A stretch of DNA of 64,000 bases from Pecten maximus (taxonomy: Eukaryota). The DNA lies in NCBI RefSeq assembly GCF_902652985.1, contig NC_047016.1, positions 26,412,001-26,476,000 on the forward strand, written 5' to 3'. This document shows positions 41,401 to 52,562 of the stretch, in pieces. Position 1 is the stretch's first letter; each line of letters begins with the position of its first letter. A program made the position numbers and the translations under genes. Below the pieces are notes generated by a model. The model made no database searches. It saw only the letters and a list, made by a program, of their open reading frames with translations, and was not told where the DNA came from.

Positions 41401-44400
41401 ATCGGACACGTCATGTTTCACATGCTTTACAAATGGCGGGCATTCGTTGATCCCCTTCCGTGGCCGATACTGGCCATTTGTCATCGCGTTGTATTGTCTT
41501 GTGGTTTCAGTTGTAATATCTCAGTCTTTTAAGAGATAGACGATAACATAGGGGTGCAGTATCGTCTGTCAAGATTTGATTTTATCTAAACACATAAAAT
41601 GCAAAATTTTGACAGTTTCTGTTATCTAATACGCGTTGATGGTCCTCTAACATTCAATCCGAGCCCTTGCATTGTCCATACATTTTTTTCCTTTACTTAT
41701 TATTTAGGACAAATATTTACGCTAACAGTTTTATCTGTCCTGGGGTCACTTTGTCTGACAATTCTGATTAACACTCGGTTATAACAAGATAACGTTTTGT
41801 TCGTCAAAACACCTCTGGATTGTTTTAACGCTTGGGTATTTTTCATACTTCTTATCAATGACCTAATCATTAATGATTAGTTTAATCAGTGTTTCTTAAT
41901 ACAATGTAAAAGTTTTAAATTATTATAGTTATTGATTGGAGTTTTCCACATTTGTTATACTGTAGTAAACAAATGTTCTATAAACAGAGAAACATTTACA
42001 CTGTACTGTAACTTTCATATCAAACAATCTGTACATTTGTTTTATAAATGTTTTAATCATCATGTCAACACCACTGTGGTCAATAAGTTGTGTGATTTAA
42101 AAACAACTAAGCCTAACCCCCGAACTAATAATTTTATAAAACAATGTGGTACCAGTAAGTCCATACATTTTAAGCACTCTTTCTTTATTTGCCGAAATCT
42201 AATCAATATACCAAGCAATTAAGTGAGACGAACCCAAAGGGACCATTATGCCGATCTAAGAATAATCAAGCGACAAAACTCAAATCACCGTATTCCGGAA
42301 GAAACATAATAAAAGTGCTGTCTTTAAATGTTCTTTCTTAGTGTATAACATGAAGCCGCTTTACTATATTGCCATCCTAACGTTCCATCTGGGATTATAC
42401 TTTATTACAGGGGAGCCAAAACCGTGGACACGTTTTAATCAAAAACTACGTTGGTGTTCATAGGAAGGGCGTGTTTAACATACATATTGTGTCCATGACG
42501 AGTATAAACTAGAGGTGAAGATGCGGCAAGTAGGACGGGGCAGTACGTAAACCCCGTAAACAACCTGTTTGTTGCCAATTTACATGGCTTCTGGGAGCCA
42601 TTACAAGGTAGAGCGATGCCATAGACGTCTAATTAAAATGACACCTCTGTCCTCTTGTACTTTGGCATAGGTAGCGTTCACGCTATGTTGTCAATATATC
42701 CCGAACTACTCAACTCGGCACTTCAACACATAGCTCTGTCATGCACTGGTCATACAATTACTTAACTCGCCCTCGAAATATGTTCAAATTATAACAAAAA
42801 ATACCACATGGGGATGCATTATGTGGCTAAGAGATAATATATGGCGCTATTTCGTCAGAAAACCCGTTTTCCATCTAAAAGTGGACGATTTGACAATTTA
42901 GCTAAGCCAGATCCTGGAAGGATAACATTCTGGCCCCATATTACCTAGTGTGAGATTGTAGATTAGATAGAGCCTATGTGTTTTAATTGGAGGGAAGTAA
43001 ATAACAGTGGTTAGAGATTAGAGCTCATCATAAATAACACAGCGGTTTGAGAGTAGACAGAACATAAAAAGCTTTGGTTAGAGAGTAGGAGTAATCCTAC
43101 ATACTGAACGTTTAGAGAGCAAACATATCCCCCGTGCTTTACAAGAAAGCGTAGTTTCTGTGAAGATTGATAATATTACACAATTATAGTACCATATTAA
43201 ATGAACGTTTCCTGGTATAAACATTGATACCTGAATGAATTTCTCGTTGGCAATAGCTTCTTTACAATTTGTATTTCGTTAGCTACCATTCTTAGAGATA
43301 AGTCGATCTATAACTGATACGATAAAAAACCGCAAGCAATAAATAATCATTCAAAGATCATGACAATACATAATGTATGTAAAAAGCATAGCGAAACTGG
43401 AACCGTGGTTGTACTTTCCATGGTGCTCCTCGAACTTGCAAGAAGAAAATGTATGATATTCTGAGGTAATTAGTAGCACAAGTGTTCCGTAGCTAATCTA
43501 CTACTAAGTAAACGACTTAACCATGAACTCATAGACTTGCAGAGAAGATTTTCCTTAAAATACAACAAGCGGATATCTCTGACATATTTAATAACACAAG
43601 TCCCTACATTCCTGCTCCCTAACAGATGGGTAACCGATACTTCTTTGGTTATTTCTGTACCGGGAACTGGACTGGTTTGTATATCGATATATAACATCTA
43701 TATTCTTTACTACAATTCATCCTAGCTTGATCCTTATGACATTTTCCTCCCCTGGGTTTTCACCTTTATTCCAGTTTCTACCATCAACTGAAGTAGAGTA
43801 TATGTGTTCATGTAATGACAAGACAATGGATAATCAAACCATATTTAGATACATGTAGCCCACATGTCAATTCACATTATGCGCTAGCATCTTAAACAAC
43901 GGTTCACCATTTCATCAAAGAAAAGATAATATGTTTGTTTTTTGTTTTTTTTATAATAGATGGTAACGTGGAGCAATGTAAATATAGTGATTTATGTTTT
44001 AATGAAATCCGTGACACGATCAATGCTTTTAACATCGATGAATAACAATTAAGACATTTTAAAATTGTATTCTATTGTTTCGTTGAGTTTAACGACCTCT
44101 ACATGTCTAGTTTAGCATAGATGATCGATTGTTTAAATCAAAGTGTAATACTTTAAATATTTCTGTAATGTGACACTATTTACTTACAATTTACTTCAGT
44201 AAACAATCCAAACAATACTTTTATAATTTACAAAACTTATCCGTGTTTGCCTCATAGTAATGTCCAACACTATCCACAGTAATCCCCAGTTTATTTTAAA
44301 AGTCCGTCTCGTTTCCGATTATTTATAGCATACATATGTCTTGTGGAAATATGTGTGGAGTGTGATACAGTTTTCCCCGACGAACGTGAATGTAGTTGTT

Positions 44401-47035
44401 GAATTAAGGACAACAGGTATAAATCTATCTGGAGAAAAGAACGGCAGGTGCAGAACTGCCCTGACTAATACCTACACAAAAAGCTATATCTTTGTGACAG
44501 GGTCATGCTAGTCCTTGCTGTTTACAAAACAAATCTATCTTGGTTACTCGGCGAACTAGGAATGGCTGTAATGTATTAAAAAAACCTAGTGAGTATATAT
44601 ATTTTGTATGTAAATCATGATAGTAACCTCCCAGAATACACATGTACACACCACGACATACATTAGACGGTATACACGACTAGTTCAGAATAGTTAATGG
44701 ACATTACTGTTAGTACTGGTACCATACCATGTACAGTATATGTGTAAAGGACACAAAGTAGTAGGATGTTTTGCTTATTTTTCGTTGTTTTTTATCCAAG
44801 AAAAAAAGTTTTCATAAAAAATCGAGATAATACCAACTCGTAAGCGAAACATAAACTTTAGTCCTTTAGATTAGGGACACATACAAGTAAATATATCAGA
44901 AAAAAACAGTGAGCATAGTCTGTTTATTGATGATTTCTGCCATAATCGAGCTAAAATCTAGGCATTGTCACATTCAGAAATGTGGATGATATAACGTACG
45001 GATCTAACAGTCATATCAACGAACATCGAAATCTCCTTTAACTTGCTGACTATCACTAACATGAAAGTAACTATGTTCATCACCATCCTTATTGATATAA
45101 ACATTGAATACTGTTTTTTATTTTCATTATGATATATTTTAGATTGCCTTTTTTTGTGGAAAACTTTTATCTATAGGTTTATCTAAGGCATCCAACTACA
45201 TTGTATACTACCTAGGACGCTCGCAAACAGGATTGTTTACATAGGCAGGTATCTGAACGTTAGACAGGAATCTGGAAATGGACAGCAGCTGTCATGGTGA
45301 GATACACTATGATGGATTACAGTCAAAAACATAACTAGGTGAAGGGCAAAACGGAAGTCGCGGAGGAATACACTTTTTTATGAAAGAAAAACATTATCTT
45401 ATTTTTTTGTTTCATGATGTATCAAGCTATCTTTCCTTGATGGTGGACGGTCTGAAATGGAATATATTTTAATCTCCCAAGAACAGATATAAACAGTTAC
45501 AATGTTATATAATAAACAGATATACGTCAATGAAGTGCATGTTTTATAGGTCAAGTAAGAATAAGGTAAACTAATTACGGTAAGGTAAGACTAGGGTAAA
45601 TACACTGACGGATGATGTTGAAAAGTTTGGTGAAAGATTTTCTCACTAAAGTCATCGCCTGGACATTTCGGCGGCCATAAACAACAATTAGTATATAATG
45701 CGGGGTCGTAAACTATCGCACTATCACACCACTCATCAGTACTTTAATACAATTTATTGTTCTTTATACAGTAAAGTAAACACAAACAGCCCGACCGTAA
45801 AAATATATAGGTACCCTCCATTCGGATTCCATATACCCTTCACTATAAAGACAGATGTTATCGGCAATATTCCGTCGTTATGTGACCTTAATGGGGACTG
45901 GGAACCGTTTGATGGGTTAAACACCTTACCCCTTAGTCTGACCCCGGTAAAGCTCCCCTATGTAGTTATCCATTTGGACCACATGGTGGACATATTAAAA
46001 TAATTTTAATCTTGTTGATCTGATTTTTGTTTATGTAATCATAATTCACCACAAGAAAGGTCTCTTGACGTTATCATGACGTATTCTGCATAAGCGCTTT
46101 GCTGTGTGAGGGCTAACCTATTAATCTAACACCACCCAAACCCGTCTAAGTTTTCAGTAAAAAAGGAGTTACTTTTTTTCGGAATGCAATTGACCCGTTT
46201 AACGTATCTAAAATGGTTATGTTCACATCTATTTACTATGGATTGCGGGTGAGTAACGTTCATCCTAAACTAAACGCTACACTCTAAAATTCCAACAGCA
46301 TGACATGGATACTACGTTTGCCTTTTGTCTATAGTTTTCTCCAGTAACCTTAAAGCTCACATGGTTCATGTTTTCTGTGGCCAGATGCTATTTTAACACG
46401 TTTTAAAAATAGTTCACGTGACGTTAAAAAGCCTGTCAAGTTAAATTACTCACAACATGGTTAAGTTCTCACTCCACTCCCACAGCCGCAAACCCCAATT
46501 AGGTTAAAATCCAATAGACTAAAGGAGTTCAGTTGAGCTTCGTTTAATTTTGTTCAGTACCTGAAAATGGACTTCACACTTGTGTTTCCGTTGTGTTCGA
46601 CAGTGACAGAAATGCCTTGTCATACATAACCGACAGTGATGCATGGCGGGTAAACCTCCCACAAATAGCATTTGCTGGAAACGACAGCGGATTTTAGCGA
46701 GGATGTGATATAAATGAGAATGGATTTTGTAAACACGAGTTATAGGCGTCAATCTCGTGCTTTATGTTGGTTTCGACACATTTTGAGACAGACTCGGGTT
46801 TTATTCCCGGTCGAACCGACATGGCGTCGAGCATCTTTGGGACATAACATCTCTCTCAATTAACAAAGCTGTCACGTGACGGTCACGTGATTAATTTATG
46901 ACTAGATCAAGTCATTTTCGAAGAATCGGAGGGACAAGCGCAATTAATTCAGACGCACATATTCTCGCCAGTAAGTTGTGTGTCTCCATACAACTTCACT
47001 TTACCACAATAAGATTTATTTAGAGAAACTTAGCT

Positions 47036-47428
47036 GTCTGACATTAGGATAATTTAATGACGGATGTCTGACATTAGGATTGCTTGATGACGGATGTCTG
47101 ACATTAGGATGGTTTGACGACAGCTGTTTGACACTAGGATCATTTTATGACGGATGGTTGACACTAGGATCATTTTATGACGGATGTCTGACACTAGGAT
47201 AGTTTGATGACGGATGTCTGACATTAGGATGGTTTGACGATGGATGTTTGACACTAAGATCATTTTATGACGGATGATTGACACTAGGATCATTTTATGA
47301 CGGATGTCTGACACCAGGATAGTTTGATGACGGATGTCTGACATTAGGATGGTTTAATGATGGATGTCTGATATTAGGATGCTGACATTAGGATGATTTG
47401 ATGACGGATGTCTGACATTAGGATGGTT
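47036..47428. repeat. Minisatellite, 30 bp unit, ~13 copies, with a 4-unit (120 bp) higher-order duplication
   Basis: Unit approximately ACA(T/C)TAGGATNRTTTGATGACGGATGTCTG. Block 47101-47220 is nearly identical to 47221-47340, including unit-specific variants. Confidence 0.95.
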
Positions 47429-50112
47429 ATCATTGACAATTATTGGTTAGTGTCGTCAATTATTGAAAAGCACGTATATTTCAGTCTATAGTGATATGTA
47501 AGGACAGTGTCATCAATTATAAGCCTGTATATAGTGGTATAAAAAGCAATGACATTAAGTTTCTAGTGGTTTAAACATCTACACCAGTGACATATATAAG
47601 GTACCACAGTTTCTAACATTATACACTCAATGTAACTTGGGTTTATATCGCTATCCGCAATATCGGGAAGCTAAACATAAACCATGTCCTTCCCATAAAT
47701 TCGAATAATACTTAGAAGATCACCGTGTATCAAACAACAGTTTATTGATCTGTATTCAGAACGCCGTCAGACATCCTTTTTTAATTATTCGTGGTATTGT
47801 CTAGAAAGTATCGCTCTCCTCAACACGTTTGCACTTGATATAGCATGAAATGTCATATACTTAAACAATATTTATCTACTGAATGTTGATCTTCTAAATT
47901 CTAAAAGGACATTAGCTGATGGCCTAACACACTAGTTTCTATGCTGTAAACACCTGTTACTCCAGCCTAATTACCACATCTAAGGTACCGCCGTACAGGT
48001 ATTACCGACAGCCGATTAGGAGGACATCTCGCCTCGACACTCTGACCTCATATAAGGACACAGGAATGCAGCATGCCTCCCGGCCCAGTTAAACTACTGT
48101 AAATCTCAATGTCACGATTACTTGTTTTCACGTTAACGCTTTAAAGGAATTATTTACAAGATTTGAATCCACGAATAGAATACTAAGACACGAAAATCCT
48201 CTTGTTGGTTAAATGTTTGCGATATTGTTAAATGTGTTAGATGTTTCTGCTCAACGATATGCTGCAGAATACATCGACCTTCTTTGATACTTGTCTCTGG
48301 ATTAACATATATAATTGATATCAAGTTTAAATGGTTTCTTACATTTAACGTTTTTTTTCGTTAAGTTATATTACATGTATTTTCATATTTGATTGACTTA
48401 CAGTAATGCAGAATACTCACATAGCGAGAGGGTAACCGTGTCACGTTAGTCATTTCTAAACAATAACTGAGAAAGTACATAGAAACTAGACCGTGCGAAT
48501 GTTTAAAAAGTTCATTCAAGTGGTATGATGATATTTCTGTTTACACATTTGCGCGATGCTCTATCCTCTTATATTTGCTATAGCAACATTTCGCTATCGT
48601 CAGTGGAATTACCTAATGGTATTGCAATGTTTGCCTTTTTAAAAGGTCCTATGTTAATGTATATGAGCGAAAAAGAGTGAAAAGCTTATCATGGCATAGT
48701 TGATTTCCGTTTTCTGGTAAAGTTTAAAGTGAACTGAATATATTGCAATATTGTAGTCAATATTACTCGGTCATGATTTAATACTTTTAATACGAACTTA
48801 CATGTATTGATAGGAGGTATAGACAGAAATATATATTGATATTCGTTCTATAAAGAATCATAAGCCTTTCATAGAATTATCATAACTTGTACTTAACATT
48901 ATGATAGGGTCGAATAGCCGCCATGTTATACTCTCGAATACTTCTATGAAAATATGAAATAACATCATCAAGTGACACTGGGAACAGGAGATATATACAA
49001 TGTACCATAGCTGTATTTCATTTCGTGTTATGTTTGAAGCCTTCTCCTCAATATTTTACGTGTATGAAAGTCGGTGATCTAAATGTATTAATACTACTGT
49101 GTGAGAAGGGAGCTCCTATACATGTCCCTATGGGGAAACAATGGCTTTATATCATAACAGCCATCATAGAGAACTGATCCAATACCAACAAAACCAGACA
49201 CAGACAAAAAGATTATCAGAAATGTACAAAGCAACGCTAAGGAAATATTTTTGTCCAATTGTATCTTGTACACAATTTATCTCGGTAAACTAATAACTTT
49301 GTTGTCGCCATTGTCTTTATGTATTTTGGATGGATGACATGCAGTCCCCTGAGCCCACCGTCCTGTGGCGATTCCCTTTGATGTTCTTCTTTCCCCTTGT
49401 GCTAGAATGCATACAGATCGATTGGTTCAGCGGTTGGGATATTTCTTCTTTGCTCATCTTCTTCCGATATCGATCAATAATTGTTTTTTTTTCTTTCTTT
49501 ATTGCTGGTGTTCTCTGTGGGTTGTTCGCACGGTGTCCGCCATCATAGATCTCAATCAGTTTCACGCTTGAAAAGGTCAAATTAAGTCAGGGTGACTTCC
49601 GCGCTTTCTTAGTGTGTGATGTATTGGGTGTTATTAGAAGCACCTTCTGTACACAGACGATGTGGTGGGAAAATGAGGGCCACAAGGGATGATTTAGTCC
49701 AAGGTGTCGCAAAGGACGCGTGTAATTGATTCTAGTCAATGAAATGTTTTACACACAATACCCAAATCAGACACGTGACCGGACAGAACTAACATCATTT
49801 ACTGCCCAATAGTCTGGTAGCTATTTCCTGCAATTAATTTCAATTTAGAACTACTTCCCCCCATTTTATCCTCTGTAATCAAAATTGCATTTGTCAATTC
49901 ATTGCATTCCTTTCACGAAGAAGCATCCGTTCTTCTTTGTCTTTTGTCCCGGAAATTGAACGAGAACGCTAATGCTGTTTTGTCTTTAATAATTAACCAC
50001 TACAAATAACATTTCCCCACAACATAAAAGTTAATCTACACATGTGTTACTAGCTATTTACCACTGTTAACGGACACTAGTATTCACTTGCATTACCTTT
50101 TTATCATTCTAG

Positions 50113-50272
50113 GTGAGTAGTTCCCGACGACTTTCTATTGGACCGGAAGCGCAGAGATTATGCAGAAGCTATCGGAAGGTGTGCTCCCCCGGCAGATTCT
50201 GTGCAATGCAGTACTTCATTAAACCCAGAAATATTTCATTGCCAATATGCGTCCCAGAACATATCATTCCGG
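50113..50272 (+). CDS. Coding exon 2: end of signal peptide plus 4-Cys follistatin-N (FOLN)-like module
   Basis: Pyrimidine-rich acceptor ending TCTAG at 50112 and donor G|GTAAGT at 50273 (phase 1). The frame is open: VSSSRRLSIGPEAQRLCRSYRKVCSPGRFCAMQYFIKPRNISLPICVPEHIIP. The C-x6-C-SPG-x2-C-x13-PICV pattern resembles FOLN. Phases match both neighbouring exons. Confidence 0.85.
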
Positions 50273-50559
50273 GTAAGTAGTCAAAAAAGTAAATGCTTTA
50301 AAACTGAATCGTAATTCTAAACGCATTCATTTCATGAACAAACGGGTTACATTTTTAACAATTTATTTCACAGATGTTGCAAGCAAACTCATAATGCAAA
50401 AGGTCATCATATCAGTCACATCTATATATACCATATTGGATAAATAATCGCCAAATTTTCTTTCACAATAAAAACGTGTAACCCTGTAGTGTGATACTGT
50501 TAATTTATGTGTTTCAATAGTCATAACTAATGCACGTTTATATTATTTTCCACAAACAG

Positions 50560-51293
50560 CTGAACAAAAGATTTGTGATCTTCAGCCGGACCAGGGTAAC
50601 TGTGGAGCTCGCTACATCAGGTGGTTCTATCATAAAGGCCAAAACAAATGTAACTGGTTCTACTATGGTGGATGTGACGGAAATCAAAATAACTTCAAAA
50701 GCAAACATCAATGTGAGGAAACTTGTCGTGCAGCAATTGACAACAATGCGCATACTAACCGGAACAATGCTATTGCGCTTCCGGTTAAAACAAGCCCAGT
50801 AGTGATATCTGAACCTATTTTTCTACCAGAAAGATCAAATCAAATAAATCGGCCGTTTTCGCTGAGATCTAAAAAGGTGGTAAAACATGATAAGGAGCGA
50901 CGACGAAAGCGTAGATTACGGGACAGGAAGAAGCGAAGGTTACAGAAACTGCGCAGGCGGAGACGGAAGTTAAACGTTACTCCCCGAAAACGTAGACGCG
51001 ATGGCAAAATTTCGGGACGGAAACGTAAAAATAGAAAGAAGAGGCGACAAGGAAGAAAGCATAAAAAGAAGAATAAGAATAAAAAGAACAAAACACATAA
51101 GGGCAAGAAAGACAAGATGGTAGCGGAGAAAGAGGAGGATAAAGAACGTAATAATGAAAATCAAATGACAAATGAAAAACGTAAACATGATAAAACGACA
51201 ACGGATATAGACACAGAAAGTCAATCTTTGGTAAAAACATTAACAGTCCTTGATTCCGGTGACGAGGAAACAACAGAAGATAGGGAGAGCTAA
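50560..51293 (+). CDS. Terminal coding exon 3: BPTI/Kunitz domain, Lys/Arg-rich tract and acidic tail
   Basis: Branch-like ACTAAT (50526-50531) and phase-1 acceptor TTTTCCACAAACAG. Translation (A)EQKICDLQPDQGNCGARYIRWFYHKGQNKCNWFYYGGCDGNQNNFKSKHQCEETC has canonical C-x8-C-x15-C-x7-C-x12-C-x3-C spacing and the FxYGGCxGNxNNF signature (50574-50726). It continues in frame into track ORF 50802..51293 and ends at TAA. Confidence 0.93.
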
Positions 51294-51751
51294 CGAGTGT
51301 GAGATTCAAAGGTACTCAAATATGAGAGGTTCGTGGTTGCGCGAAACTTACAAGCATCATATCAAAACTGTAAAAACCGCCAACGGTGTGCATTCATTGA
51401 AATAATGAAATATAAAGAGCAATTAAGCAGAAGAAGGGGAATATTTAAGGCAAAATAATATCTAGAAAAAGATGTGGTTCGCTCCGGCACGTTAATTATA
51501 CGCCGTTGGTGGGATATAATACAAGTGTTTCAATTTTCATCCACACAGATGGGTATCGAATAGAACATTATTCATCTTGGTTGATGCTTAACCGGAAGTG
51601 ACTGTCGGTTGTGAAGGAATGGGTATTGATATACACATAATCCCTGGTCGGCGTGGACGAATATTTTGTCTGCAATGGAAATTCTTGGACACTCTTAGCC
51701 GCTCGTGTTTTGTGAGTTCAAGCTAGAAATGTGTAAAATTGTAGCTAATTG

Positions 51752-52562
51752 AATAAAAGACAATCTCCGCATTGGATAAGACGTGACTTTTTTTACAGTA
51801 CTGTGAAAATAATTTCGTAAGCAAAAATTTTCGAGCAATTATTCATGGTCATACAGACCCTTGACCAGTATTGTCAGTTAAGAGCGTCTGGCGAACAATG
51901 CTGGTAACTAGATTACCCGTTCGCTGTCATTCGAAATTAGCCTTGAGCTATTACAGTGCCCTGTAGTTGAGAGATTCACCACTTGACAATATAGAGGAAG
52001 AATAAGGGCATGGAATTCCGGCTTTGACTTCTTCCACGAGTGTTGTGCGGCTGTTGCCCTTTCGTATTACTAATATGTACATTATTTTTATGCCGTATTT
52101 GATGTATAAGTAATAAATTAATTCATTAATAACTTTATTTTATGGAATATGTTAATAATTCTGTACATATCTAAACTTTTATTTTATGTTTTGAGAGCAA
52201 CCCCGTATAGGTAGTTTAATTTCATTTCAATAGGTTTATGATTAAATGTATAGATTTTTCTCATTCATACATCAGACTATGTATTTGGGTAACATTGAAC
52301 CGTACGAAGGGATTTTGCTATGTTCTGTATATATCTTCTCGTGTTATGATGTATATATTATAATTAAATATATATATATGTATATGTTAGACATACGTTA
52401 TGGAAATCAGCGCGGAGATAATACATAGTAACCCCATAACTGTTACATAGCCGTAGTGTACATCTCTGTCAGTAGAATCTCCGCGCCTTTCACCACCAAT
52501 CATGACATCATCAGCAATAGTTCTATTTCCTAGAAACTGTAAAATGAATAGGAGAAAATAAA
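51752..52562 (+). terminator. Candidate polyadenylation signals of the Kunitz-domain gene
   Basis: AATAAA at 51752, 52112 (followed by T-rich sequence) and 52557, and ATTAAA at 52241. Which one is used cannot be determined from sequence. Confidence 0.4.

Larger units (their letters stand above)
1246..50112 (+). other. Predicted first intron (~48.9 kb, GT-AG, phase 0)
   Basis: Donor GTACGT at 1246 and acceptor CATTACCTTTTTATCATTCTAG ending at 50112. I found no convincing coding exon in between; the region holds minisatellites and repeat remnants. Confidence 0.6.

Noticed and set aside
43005-43125. Four recurrences of GGTTAGAGAG-like motifs at ~34-bp spacing
   Set aside because: The intervening sequence is too divergent to define a repeat unit.
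47085-47102. Box C/D-like TGATGA…CTGA within the 30-bp unit
   Set aside because: The motifs are only 7 nt apart, many units lack TGATGA, and there is no terminal stem or guide region, so it is not a supportable snoRNA.
47054-47344. 96-aa ORF with 10-aa repeats (MSDIRHQTIL…)
   Set aside because: It is a by-product of a 30-bp unit lacking stops in one frame, with no splice, promoter or domain support.
50840-51309. Minus-strand Phe/Leu-rich ORFs
   Set aside because: These are antisense shadows of the purine-rich Lys/Arg-coding exon.
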